Virus record (IMG/VR): IMGVR_UViG_3300040751_002535
Length of the DNA: 64,000 nt
Strand: one strand, 5' to 3'
From: a virus
The notes beneath the pieces are model-generated. The model was not told the origin of the DNA, did not search any database, and saw only the letters and a program-made list of their open reading frames with translations. Below are positions 28,877 to 38,254 of this stretch, piece by piece (the first letter of the stretch is position 1; every line of letters starts with the position of its first letter). A program made the position numbers and the translations under genes.

Positions 28877-29303
28877 AATTGATTTATCCAAAGTAAAATA
28901 CAAACTAGATCCTGACATTTTTTTGCACAAACCTAGTTGGAAAGAAGCAGCACACGTATACAATCTCTATTGTAAATACAAAAACTTTGATAGTGTGTTT
29001 CCATTGTATAGTGATGATATTTTACAGAATGATTTTCATTGTTTGTATATAGACAATAAACTTGTAGCATGGGAACAAACAAGAACATATACAAATGACA
29101 AAGTTGCATTTAGTGATCAGTTTGCATGGGATTACAGCAATCCAGAAGATAGAGTTGGTTGGAGATTTAGCTACCACGTTCCAGCTTATTACAAGTCACA
29201 AGGTTATAAGTATCTATACTTAGGAGATCACCACGACTATAAAAGTCGTATTCAAGGATACGAAATATTAGGTCCAATAAAAACACTTGACAACAAAACA
29301 TAA
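28866..29303 (+). CDS. Aminoacyl-tRNA-protein transferase-like (ATE/Bpt C-terminal GNAT) protein
   Basis: QFAWDYSNP..RVG...GYKYLYLG....YKSRIQGYEIL resembles the ATE_C YLYLG...YK motif. Confidence 0.55.
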   Translation: MYGRIDLSKVKYKLDPDIFLHKPSWKEAAHVYNLYCKYKNFDSVFPLYSDDILQNDFHCLYIDNKLVAWEQTRTYTNDKVAFSDQFAWDYSNPEDRVGWRFSYHVPAYYKSQGYKYLYLGDHHDYKSRIQGYEILGPIKTLDNKT

Positions 29304-29315
29304 CTACTGTATATT
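29287..29315 (+). promoter_or_regulatory. Sigma70-like promoter
   Basis: TTGACA-17 nt-TATATT. Confidence 0.65.
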
Positions 29316-29339
29316 AAACTTAATAAAAAGGAGTATTGC

Positions 29340-29603
29340 ATGAGCGATAGAGTATATGGACAAGAAGAAAAAGCCAAGCTAGAACGTCTAGTTAAAGAAG
29401 GCGTAACAGTACTACAAGAAATCGAAGATTTGCAAGGCGGATTAAAAGAAACTGTAAAAGCAGTAGCAGAAGAACTAAATGTTAAACCAAGTCTTATTAA
29501 CAAAGCCATCAAAGTTGCACAAAAACGTGACTGGAGTCGAGTTGCAGACGAATATGAAGATCTTGAAACTATTGTTGCTACAGTAGGATACGATACGGAG
29601 TGA
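29340..29603 (+). CDS. Small DNA-binding protein (T4 DsbA/GapR-like)
   Basis: KLERLVKEG...IEDLQ..LKETVKAVAEEL.VKPSLINKAIK. Confidence 0.55.
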   Translation: MSDRVYGQEEKAKLERLVKEGVTVLQEIEDLQGGLKETVKAVAEELNVKPSLINKAIKVAQKRDWSRVADEYEDLETIVATVGYDTE

Positions 29604-29643
29604 ATGAAAAGAAATATAGTATAGTGAATAATAAGGAGAACTC

Positions 29644-32325
29644 ATGCCATATGTAGATGCATTCTTTGACAGAGATTCGGATATTATTCGAGTAGTCGAA
29701 CGCAAGGACGGAAAAAGACATTTCCACGAATATCAATCAAAATACACATTTTATTATGAAGATCCACGTGGTAAGTACAAAAGTATCTACGGCGACCAAC
29801 TAAGTCGGATTGTATGCAAAAACACCAAAGACTTTAGAAAAGAACTTGCTATCAACCGTGGCAAAAACTTGTTTGAAAGTGACATTAATCCAATCTTTCA
29901 GTGTTTGAGTGAACACTATCTCAATCAAGATGCCCCAAAGTTGAATGTAGCGTTTTGGGATATTGAGACTGACTTTGATCCAGAGCGAGGATTTGCTCCA
30001 GTTGAAGATCCGTTTATGCCTATTACTGCTATTACTGTACACTTGCAATGGCTTGACTTGCTAATAACTGTTGCTATGCCTCCCAAAGGCATGCCACTTG
30101 AAGAAGCAACAGCAATGTGCAAAAAACGCTGGGGTGATAGTTGTATACTATTTCCTAATAACGAAAAAGGCGAGGGCGAAATGCTGAGTATGTTCCTGGA
30201 TCTTATTGAAGATGCAGACATTCACAGTGGATGGAACAGTGAAGGGTATGATGTTCCGTATACTATCAACAGAATTAAACGTGTACTAAGCAGTGATGAT
30301 ACACGTAGATTCTGCTTATGGGGACAAAAGCCCAAGCGTAGAGAATATGAAAAGTTTGGTAAGACAAGTGAGACATATGATACTATCGGAAGAGTACATA
30401 TGGACTATCTCAACTTGTATCGCAAGTATACATACGAAGAACGTCATACATATCGACTGGATGCCATCGGCGAACTGGAAGTAGGAGAGAACAAAACTGT
30501 ATATGAAGGTACACTTGATCAGCTGTACAACAATGACTTTGAAACTTTTATTGAATACAACAGACAAGACGTTGCACTGTTAGACAAACTAGACAAGAAA
30601 CTAAAATTTATTGATCTTGCAAATGTACTAGCACACGAAAATACTGTGTTACTACAAACCACAATGGGTGCTGTTGCACTTACTGAGCAGGCTATTGTTA
30701 ACGAGTCGCATAGACGTGGTATGCAAGTGCCTAATAGAAAACAACACGAAGGAAACACAGCAGCAGCAGGCGCATATGTTGCATTTCCTAAAAAAGGTGT
30801 GCATGAATGGGTTGGATCAATGGACTTAAACAGCCTGTATCCAAGTGTTATTCGTGCATTAAATATGGGCCCCGAAACTGTAGTTGGTCAAATACGATTG
30901 GATATTAGCGACGAGCGTATTCACAATGATACAACGCTCAAAAAGAAGAGCTTTGCAGGCAGCTGGGAAGGACGTTTTGCAACTGAAGAATATGAAGCAG
31001 TTATGGAACAAAAACGTGATGTAATGCTTACATTAGATTTAGAAAACGGGCAAGAAGAAGTGCTGAGTGCAGCAGAAGTTTGGAAGTTGATTTATGATAG
31101 TCATCAGCCATGGATGCTTAGTTCAAACGGTACAATCTTTACAAACGAGTTTGAAGGTGTTATTCCAGGACTACTAAAACGTTGGTACAGCGAACGTAAA
31201 GATCTACAAAAGAATCTTAAAAAAGCAAAAGATGCTAAGAACGAAGTAGAGATTGAATACTGGGATAAACGTCAGTTGGTTAAGAAGATTAACTTGAACA
31301 GTTTGTATGGTGCTATTCTCAATCCAGGTTGTAGATTCTTTGACAAGCGTATTGGACAGAGTACAACGCTAACAGGTAGAACTATTGTTAAACATATGAG
31401 TGCAGAGGTTAATAAGATTATTACTGGTGAGTATGATCATGTTGGTAAAGCTGTTATCTATGGCGATACTGACTCTGTGTATTTTAGTGCATATCCTGTA
31501 CTAAAAGATGACATTGCAGCGGGAAAGATTCCGTGGACCAAAGATAATGTAATAAAACTTTATGACCAAGTGTGCGAGCAGGCAAACGAAACATTTCCAG
31601 AAATGATGCTAAAAGCATTTCATTGTCCAAAGAGTCGTAGCGATGTTATTGCAGCAGGTAGAGAGATTGTTGCCGAAACTGGGCTGTTTATCACTAAGAA
31701 ACGCTATGCAGCACTAGTGTACGACATTGAAGGATTTAGAACAGATGAAGATGGAAAACTAGGCAAAGTAAAAGCAATGGGCTTGGATCTAAAGCGTAGT
31801 GATACGCCGGTGTTTATGCAGGATTTCTTAAAAGATTTGCTTGATATGGTACTACAGAAAAAACCTGAAAAAGAACTACTTGAAGCTATTAGTCAGTTTA
31901 GACGTGAGTTCAAAGATCGTCCGGGATTTGAAAAAGGTTCGCCTAAACGTGCAAACAAGATTGGACATTATCAGCGTCTTGAAGAAAAGCAAGGCAAAGC
32001 AAACATGCCCGGACATGTAAGAGCAAGTATCAACTGGAATACACTCAAGCGTATGAACGGCGACAAATATTCGCAAGAGATTGTAGATGGTATGAAAGTT
32101 ATTGTTTGTAAACTAAAACAAAATCCACTAGGATATACAAGTGTTGCATATCCAACAGATGAACTACGTATTCCGGATTGGTTCAAAGAACTGCCATTCG
32201 ATGGCGATGCTATGGAAGAAGTTATTATTGACAACAAACTAGACAACTTGATTGGTGTGTTGGATTATGACTTAGAAAGTACAAAACAAAAAACTACATT
32301 TAACAACTTATTTGATTGGGACTAA
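29644..32325 (+). CDS. polB: Family B DNA polymerase (gp43-like)
   Basis: DIETD exonuclease I motif, DLNSLYPS, KINLNSLYG, YGDTDS, KKRY. Confidence 0.97.
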   Translation: MPYVDAFFDRDSDIIRVVERKDGKRHFHEYQSKYTFYYEDPRGKYKSIYGDQLSRIVCKNTKDFRKELAINRGKNLFESDINPIFQCLSEHYLNQDAPKLNVAFWDIETDFDPERGFAPVEDPFMPITAITVHLQWLDLLITVAMPPKGMPLEEATAMCKKRWGDSCILFPNNEKGEGEMLSMFLDLIEDADIHSGWNSEGYDVPYTINRIKRVLSSDDTRRFCLWGQKPKRREYEKFGKTSETYDTIGRVHMDYLNLYRKYTYEERHTYRLDAIGELEVGENKTVYEGTLDQLYNNDFETFIEYNRQDVALLDKLDKKLKFIDLANVLAHENTVLLQTTMGAVALTEQAIVNESHRRGMQVPNRKQHEGNTAAAGAYVAFPKKGVHEWVGSMDLNSLYPSVIRALNMGPETVVGQIRLDISDERIHNDTTLKKKSFAGSWEGRFATEEYEAVMEQKRDVMLTLDLENGQEEVLSAAEVWKLIYDSHQPWMLSSNGTIFTNEFEGVIPGLLKRWYSERKDLQKNLKKAKDAKNEVEIEYWDKRQLVKKINLNSLYGAILNPGCRFFDKRIGQSTTLTGRTIVKHMSAEVNKIITGEYDHVGKAVIYGDTDSVYFSAYPVLKDDIAAGKIPWTKDNVIKLYDQVCEQANETFPEMMLKAFHCPKSRSDVIAAGREIVAETGLFITKKRYAALVYDIEGFRTDEDGKLGKVKAMGLDLKRSDTPVFMQDFLKDLLDMVLQKKPEKELLEAISQFRREFKDRPGFEKGSPKRANKIGHYQRLEEKQGKANMPGHVRASINWNTLKRMNGDKYSQEIVDGMKVIVCKLKQNPLGYTSVAYPTDELRIPDWFKELPFDGDAMEEVIIDNKLDNLIGVLDYDLESTKQKTTFNNLFDWD

Positions 32326-32326
32326 T

Positions 32327-32746
32327 ATGAAAGTAGGTATTACATTTAGTGCATTTGATCTACTTCATGCAGGACATATTGGTATGTTGCGTGAAGCAAG
32401 AGCAAACTGTGATTATCTCATTGTAGGGTTGCAAACTGATCCTACTATCGATAGACCAGATACCAAAAACAAACCAGTACAAACATTGGTAGAGCGTTAT
32501 GCACAACTTAATGCACTCAAGTTTATTGACGAGATTGTGCCATACGAAACTGAGCAGGACTTGATGGACATACTGGAACTGTTTCAGATCGATGTAAGAT
32601 TCTTAGGTGAAGAATACAAAGAAGACGAGTTTAGTGGCAAAGATATATGTCGCAAGCGAGGTATTCAACTGCATTTTAACAAGCGTGATCACAGATTCAG
32701 CACAAGTGATTTACGCAAACGAGTTGCTGAAAGAGAGAATAGATAA
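32327..32746 (+). CDS. Cytidylyltransferase (TagD/RfaE-like)
   Basis: FDLLHAGH...GLQTD...FSTSDLR. Confidence 0.9.
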   Translation: MKVGITFSAFDLLHAGHIGMLREARANCDYLIVGLQTDPTIDRPDTKNKPVQTLVERYAQLNALKFIDEIVPYETEQDLMDILELFQIDVRFLGEEYKEDEFSGKDICRKRGIQLHFNKRDHRFSTSDLRKRVAERENR

Positions 32747-32910
32747 TGTGGACACTACTTATTGTTAGTACAGTTATTGGACTAGAAGAACCTAAAATAA
32801 CATATTGGAATAACTATAAAACTCAAAAAGAGTGCTTATTAGAACGAGCAGTACTTACTTCAACCTTTACACAAGGCGAAAGAGCATTGTGTAGTAAAAA
32901 GGAGAAATAA
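32746..32910 (+). CDS. Small hypothetical protein (not in ORF track)
   Basis: 54 aa MWTLLIVSTVIG...EC...ALC. Confidence 0.5.
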   Translation: MWTLLIVSTVIGLEEPKITYWNNYKTQKECLLERAVLTSTFTQGERALCSKKEK

Positions 32911-32911
32911 G

Positions 32912-33637
32912 TTGAATAGATTTATATTTGATGTGGACGGAACACTTACTCCTAGTAGACAACCCATAGATCCTGAGTTCAAAGAGTTTTTTAAACACTT
33001 TATTCGTGACAACAAAGTATGGTTGGTAACAGGCAGCGATTATCCAAAAACTGTGGAGCAACTCGGTGCAGACATTACTGAAAGTGTTGTTACCTGCTAC
33101 AACTGTAGTGGAAATGATGTATGGCATCAAGGCAAACGAGTAAATGCTAAGTCATTTGAAGCACCTCAAGAACTGTATAGTTTGATGGAAGGCTGGTTAC
33201 AAAGCAGTCCTTTCTCGCTACGAACAGGCAATCACATTGAACCACGTATGGGCACTATCAACTTTAGTGTCGTAGGCAGAAACTGCACATTGGAAGAACG
33301 CAAGTTATATGTCGAGCACGATATCAACAACAGAGAACGTGAAAGCATTGCACTTCAAATCAACAGTGAGTTTCCTAGTATTACAGCAACAGTTGGCGGC
33401 GAAACTGGTATTGACATTTATCGTACAGGTTGTGACAAAAGTCAAATCCTAGACGACTTTGACAGAAACATTTCCACATACTTCTTTGGAGACAAAGTTG
33501 AACCGGGCGGCAATGATTACCCATTGGCAAAGGCACTGAAAGATCGTGGATTTAGAGGCGCATCATTTAATGTCAAAGACTGGCGTGACACATACGAAAG
33601 ATTACAATATTTTCAAGAAGCAAAGGTAGCAGCATGA
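32912..33637 (+). CDS. HAD-IIB phosphomannomutase-like enzyme
   Basis: FDVDGTLT, VTGSD, IEPRMGTINFS, FFGDKVEPGGNDY. Confidence 0.88.
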   Translation: MNRFIFDVDGTLTPSRQPIDPEFKEFFKHFIRDNKVWLVTGSDYPKTVEQLGADITESVVTCYNCSGNDVWHQGKRVNAKSFEAPQELYSLMEGWLQSSPFSLRTGNHIEPRMGTINFSVVGRNCTLEERKLYVEHDINNRERESIALQINSEFPSITATVGGETGIDIYRTGCDKSQILDDFDRNISTYFFGDKVEPGGNDYPLAKALKDRGFRGASFNVKDWRDTYERLQYFQEAKVAA

Positions 33638-34389
33638 TTATTGCAGGATACGGCTTTGTAGGCAAAGCACACGAAATACTATTCAAAAACTATCGTAGAG
33701 AGATTGTAATACACGATCCTCCCAAAGGTATGACGGCAGACTTTGACAATACTAGTGCTGTTGTTGTTTGTGTTCCCACTCCAGAACTGGAATCAGGTGC
33801 ATGTGATATTAGTGCAGTATACGATATTGTATCGCAGTGCAACAAAAATACACCAATATTGATCAAAAGCACTATTAGTTTGCAAGGATGGCAATACCTA
33901 AAAGAAACATTTCCCGAACATCGTTTGTGTTTTAGCCCAGAATTTCTTCGTGCAATGAACTACTTAAACGATATTAAGAACGTTGACAATGTTATACTAA
34001 GCGGTGACACAGATTACTGGCGTGATCAATACAGTGTAAACTGGTCAAATATCAAAATAAACATTGTATCGCCTGAAGAAGCCATTGCCATCAAATACTT
34101 TCGCAATGCATTCTTGGCAACCAAAGTAAGTTTTTTCAACGAGATTTATGACTTCTGCAATGCAAACGATATAAACTTCGATCAAGTACGTGGAGGTATT
34201 GCAGCGGACGAACGCATCGGCAATAGCCATACGTTTGTTATGCCAGATCAAGGCGTTAGAGGATGGGGCGGTATGTGTTTCCCCAAAGACACCGCAGCAC
34301 TATTAAAAATGGCAGCAGAAAAAAATATTAATCTAAATACACTTGAAGCAGCAGTTGAATACAATAAAAAAATAAAAAATAATGCTTGA
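33634..34389 (+). CDS. UDP-glucose/GDP-mannose dehydrogenase family
   Basis: GYGFVG, CVPTP, IKST, PEFL, GGMCFPKD. Confidence 0.9.
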   Translation: MIIAGYGFVGKAHEILFKNYRREIVIHDPPKGMTADFDNTSAVVVCVPTPELESGACDISAVYDIVSQCNKNTPILIKSTISLQGWQYLKETFPEHRLCFSPEFLRAMNYLNDIKNVDNVILSGDTDYWRDQYSVNWSNIKINIVSPEEAIAIKYFRNAFLATKVSFFNEIYDFCNANDINFDQVRGGIAADERIGNSHTFVMPDQGVRGWGGMCFPKDTAALLKMAAEKNINLNTLEAAVEYNKKIKNNA

Positions 34390-34414
34390 CTTTCTACAAT
34401 TTAAACATTATAAT
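34386..34414 (+). promoter_or_regulatory. Sigma70-like promoter
   Basis: TTGACT-17 nt-TATAAT. Confidence 0.7.
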
Positions 34415-34434
34415 GAAACATATAGGAGATAAAA

Positions 34435-35163
34435 ATGCAAGACATTCTACAAGACATCGTAAGCCATACACATTCGTTGGGCTTTATTACTACATTAAAA
34501 GTGACAGCAGAAACTGAAACACAGATTGAATCAATGGCAGATGATCGTAGTGTTATTATGACTGCAACTACAAACACGCCAGTTGGAGAATTTGTTGGTA
34601 CGTTTGGCATGCCTGACTTAGGCAAACTAAGCTATCACTTGAAAAATCCAGAATACAAAGAAAACGCTAGTATTCAAGTTGTACAAGCTGAACGCAACGG
34701 CGAAACTATTCCAACACACATTCACTTTGAAAACACAGCAGGCGATTTTGAAAATGATTATCGCTTTATGAACAAAGCAGTGATTGAAGAGAAACTTAAA
34801 AGTGTTAAGTTTAAAGGCAACAGCTGGAATGTTGAGTTTCAGCCAAGTATGGCAAGTATTGCACGTATGAAACTTATGTCTGGAGCACATTCAGAGGAAG
34901 CAGTGTTTCAAGTAAAGACAGAAGATGGCAATCTTAACTTTTACTTTGGCGACGAAGCAACACACGCAGGTTCATTTACATTTGAACGTGATGTTGAAGG
35001 AACATTAGCGCATACATGGGCATGGCCTGTAGCACAAACTATTGCTATTTTGAACTTAGATGGTGACAAAACAATGAGTATTACAGACCAGGGTGCTATG
35101 AAGATTAGTGTAAACAGTGGCATGGCAACATACGACTATATTCTACCAGCGCAGCAAAAATAA
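34435..35163 (+). CDS. Sliding clamp (gp45/PCNA-like)
   Basis: 242 aa, beta-rich, ends ISDQG-type GAMKI...YDYILPA; near polB, with a clamp loader in the window. Confidence 0.65.
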   Translation: MQDILQDIVSHTHSLGFITTLKVTAETETQIESMADDRSVIMTATTNTPVGEFVGTFGMPDLGKLSYHLKNPEYKENASIQVVQAERNGETIPTHIHFENTAGDFENDYRFMNKAVIEEKLKSVKFKGNSWNVEFQPSMASIARMKLMSGAHSEEAVFQVKTEDGNLNFYFGDEATHAGSFTFERDVEGTLAHTWAWPVAQTIAILNLDGDKTMSITDQGAMKISVNSGMATYDYILPAQQK

Positions 35164-36710
35164 TGAATACAAACCTTACTGAATCGCAAAACGATTATGC
35201 GTTTTTTCTACCCAGCATCAGTGGCTTCTATGCTACTTTTATCGGAAAGCAACGCTATGGTGAATATGTTGATCCAGCAAGGGTTCCGGCAGGCATTGGC
35301 ACTGTAGAAGCAATGAACTTCCTCAACGCTAAAGAAGGCGTGTTCCACTACAAGTGGGCACTCTATTCAGCTGGACATGCAGAGCTAGATGTAAACAAGC
35401 ACAGTGAAAAAGAAGACATGCTTCGCAACCGTGATAGAGACAATTCATGGTTGCTAGGCGACTCGGGCGGGTTCCAAATTGCCAAAGGTCTTTGGCCTGG
35501 TGATTGGACTGATCCTAACTGTCCACATGCTGCTAAAAAGCGTGAACTGGTTGTTAACTGGATGGAAGAATATATGGACTACGGAATGATGTTGGATATT
35601 CCAACTTGGACATTCCAGGATCCTAAAGCAGCAGAAGCAGCAAACATTCACAGCTATCAAGATGCAGTAGATGCTACACATATTAATGCAAAATACTATA
35701 TGGCTAATCGTCGTGGTAACTTTAAAGTACTAAATGTTCTACAAGGTAGCAATCATGGTGACGCAGACAGCTGGTACGAAGAGTTTAAAGATTACTGTGA
35801 CCCTGCTAAGTATCCAGACACACACTTTAATGGCTGGGCAATGGGTGGACAGAATATGTGTGATGTACACTTGATTCTGCGTAGACTTGTGCATATGATA
35901 CACGATGGATTGCTTGAAGAAGGATTGCATGATGTAATGCATTTCCTTGGTACTAGTAAACTAGAGTGGGCTGTATTGCTTACTGATATCCAACGTGCTG
36001 TTCGCAAGTATCATAATCCCAACTTTATGATTACATACGATTGTGCATCACCATTCCTTGCTACAGCTAATGGACAGATTTATCACAGCATTCGCATTGA
36101 GGATCGTGGTAAATGGAGTTACATGATGAGCCCTGGTGCCGATGCATTAAAATATGCTACAGACACACGCAAGTTTAAAGATGCGGTTGTCACAGATCGT
36201 ATACTAGATGCATTTGAAGACTCTCCGATGAGTGTACACTGCAAAATGAATGATATTTGTATATATGCAGAAGGCGATAAGAATAAGATCGGCACACCTA
36301 AAGTTAAAGCTGGCGATGTTGACATTGACAAACATGGCAACCCTATACTAGACGAAGATGGCAATCCTGTTGTACGTAAGAAAGATTCAACAAGTTGGGA
36401 TAGCTTTAGTTATGCACTACAAATGGGTCATAATGTTTGGATGCACATCGAAAGCACACAACGTGCAAACAGAGAATATGACGCTGGCATTTCGCCTTAT
36501 ATGCTAATCAATGACACAGACTTTCCGGGTTGGGGAGTTGTTAAATTCAAAGAAGTAGTTAACGAGATCTTTAGTTTGAAAGACAGGCAGAAGAGCTTGG
36601 ACTTGATTGAAAAATATGATCGGTATTGGATGCATGTGATTGGTACACGCCTTAACATTGGTAAGAAGGCTAAAAATGCACTGACAAAATATGGAGAGTT
36701 ATTTGAATGA
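35163..36710 (+). CDS. dpdA: TGT-fold guanine transglycosylase (DpdA-like)
   Basis: GDSGGFQ, LDIP, VLQG, GWAMGG, HFLG, YDCASP (nucleophile Asp); folE and queE in the same region. Confidence 0.8.
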   Translation: MNTNLTESQNDYAFFLPSISGFYATFIGKQRYGEYVDPARVPAGIGTVEAMNFLNAKEGVFHYKWALYSAGHAELDVNKHSEKEDMLRNRDRDNSWLLGDSGGFQIAKGLWPGDWTDPNCPHAAKKRELVVNWMEEYMDYGMMLDIPTWTFQDPKAAEAANIHSYQDAVDATHINAKYYMANRRGNFKVLNVLQGSNHGDADSWYEEFKDYCDPAKYPDTHFNGWAMGGQNMCDVHLILRRLVHMIHDGLLEEGLHDVMHFLGTSKLEWAVLLTDIQRAVRKYHNPNFMITYDCASPFLATANGQIYHSIRIEDRGKWSYMMSPGADALKYATDTRKFKDAVVTDRILDAFEDSPMSVHCKMNDICIYAEGDKNKIGTPKVKAGDVDIDKHGNPILDEDGNPVVRKKDSTSWDSFSYALQMGHNVWMHIESTQRANREYDAGISPYMLINDTDFPGWGVVKFKEVVNEIFSLKDRQKSLDLIEKYDRYWMHVIGTRLNIGKKAKNALTKYGELFE

Positions 36711-36901
36711 ATTACGATAGTCTTGAATCGCATGTAGCTGAACTTATTAAAAAACATCGTCAACTAGATGAAGATATTAAAAGAATGTCTCAACACCATA
36801 TTAGTGCAGAACTGAGGCAACTAAAAACACAAAAACTTTGGCTCAAGGACGAAATACACAGATTAAAAAAACAACTTGCTGGAACTAATGGACATGGATA
36901 G
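36707..36901 (+). CDS. Small coiled-coil protein (DUF465-like)
   Basis: HRQLDEDI...LKTQKLWLKDEI. Confidence 0.7.
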   Translation: MNYDSLESHVAELIKKHRQLDEDIKRMSQHHISAELRQLKTQKLWLKDEIHRLKKQLAGTNGHG

Positions 36902-37061
36902 TAAACAAATACAACTTACTAATCTAGAACTTGCACTCGAAGATCTTGATAAAATCATTGACAATATGAAAAAGAACAACTATAGTAAAGAAGAGTTAAA
37001 CGAATACGTAAAAAAACGTTGGAATGTTTGGAACGAAATACATCAGGTGAAAAAACAATGA
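36888..37061 (+). CDS. Hypothetical protein
   Basis: Short ORF overlapping both neighbours. Confidence 0.55.
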   Translation: MDMDSKQIQLTNLELALEDLDKIIDNMKKNNYSKEELNEYVKKRWNVWNEIHQVKKQ

Positions 37062-37582
37062 AAAGAGTATATGATCAAGGAACTGAAGAAAATGTTGAAT
37101 ACTTTGTAGGTACAGAAGTAGAACATACTCCTCAATATAAAAAGAAAACACTATTTGTTGTAGGCATTAAAGACGCCGAAGAGATTATACGTATTGCAAA
37201 AGATAATGGCTGCAATCACATTTATCTTGGTGCCAATATGAGTTTTAATGTTACAGACGATACCGGGCCGCAATGGCAACCTTGGGAAGACATGGCATTT
37301 CCATTGTTGGACAAAGGCTTTTGGGTTACATTAGATGTAGATACTAGTCGAGTAGAAGGACTGTTGGAAACAGGGTTAACCGAACACAATCGTTTTATTC
37401 CAATGATTTCGACTAAGATTCCGTATATTGATCAACTTGGATATAATGCTTGTTTAAAGATCGATGACAAGGACTTTGATGCAAGTAATCCAGGTGTATG
37501 GGTTCATAGACTTCATGATCTAAAAGAAAAGAATGTATTTACAGATTGGTCGCAATACACCTCAGACGAAATAATATCTTGA
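37058..37582 (+). CDS. Conserved hypothetical protein in the deazaguanine locus
   Basis: FVGTEVEHTP...TLFVVG...HIYLG...WVTLD...FTDWSQY. Confidence 0.7.
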   Translation: MKRVYDQGTEENVEYFVGTEVEHTPQYKKKTLFVVGIKDAEEIIRIAKDNGCNHIYLGANMSFNVTDDTGPQWQPWEDMAFPLLDKGFWVTLDVDTSRVEGLLETGLTEHNRFIPMISTKIPYIDQLGYNACLKIDDKDFDASNPGVWVHRLHDLKEKNVFTDWSQYTSDEIIS

Positions 37583-37607
37583 CAAAATGCAACAAGAACG
37601 TTATTAT
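37579..37607 (+). promoter_or_regulatory. Sigma70-like promoter
   Basis: TTGACA-17 nt-TATTAT; implies the next gene starts at 37647. Confidence 0.6.
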
Positions 37608-37646
37608 ACATATATGCAACGGCGCAGCAGAGAAGAGGACGCTAAA

Positions 37647-38039
37647 ATGACAAACGCATTAGAAAATGCAAAACGTAGTATTTGGGTAACTTTTACAAAA
37701 GAAGGCATTCATTGCTATCCAGCAGCAAAAGATGATCCTGCACTAGCAACAGGTGACGAGTACGATGTTAGCTTTTTAGGTTATCCACATCGACACATGT
37801 TTCACTTTAAAGTGCAGATCCAAGTAACACACAACGATCGAGACATTGAGTTTATTCAGTTCAAGCGTTGGCTCGAATCCTTGTATGCAGGTGATATCCT
37901 GCAACTAGATTACAAATCATGTGAAATGATTGCAGATGATTTGTATACACAGATTAACAGCAAATATCCTGGCCGGTTTGTTGTTATTGATGTCGCCGAA
38001 GATGGCGAAAACGGCTGTCAAATTGTTTACCCAGCATAA
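37647..38039 (+). CDS. T-fold QueD paralog, DpdL-like (putative CDG decarboxylase)
   Basis: LGYPHRHMF (LxxxHRHxF, not CxxxHGH), RDIEF, SCEMIA, VAEDGENG. Confidence 0.65.
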   Translation: MTNALENAKRSIWVTFTKEGIHCYPAAKDDPALATGDEYDVSFLGYPHRHMFHFKVQIQVTHNDRDIEFIQFKRWLESLYAGDILQLDYKSCEMIADDLYTQINSKYPGRFVVIDVAEDGENGCQIVYPA

Positions 38040-38053
38040 AGGAATTAAGGTAA

Positions 38054-38254
38054 ATGACTATTACAAATCCAGTAGTAAACAAAATATTTAACGATCTTGA
38101 AGAGTTCCACGACTTCTGTCGTACTGAAGGACACCCTTTTAACAAGGAAGATTTATATCGCAACGATCGTCGGCCGTGGATGGCCTTCCAGAAATACAAA
38201 AACTGGCTACGTGCAAAAGCTCGCGGTGGCGAAAGAAAGCCTCGTAATGCGTAA
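38054..38254 (+). CDS. Hypothetical protein
   Basis: IFNDLEEFHDFCR.EG.PFNKEDLY. Confidence 0.65.
   Translation: MTITNPVVNKIFNDLEEFHDFCRTEGHPFNKEDLYRNDRRPWMAFQKYKNWLRAKARGGERKPRNA

Noticed and set aside
29644-32325. Intein or intron in PolB
   Set aside because: Length and motif spacing are ordinary; no splicing motifs seen.
35163-36710. Classical tRNA-modifying Tgt
   Set aside because: Lacks the CxCxxC zinc site and is coupled to the sliding clamp; a DNA target is more likely, though unproven.
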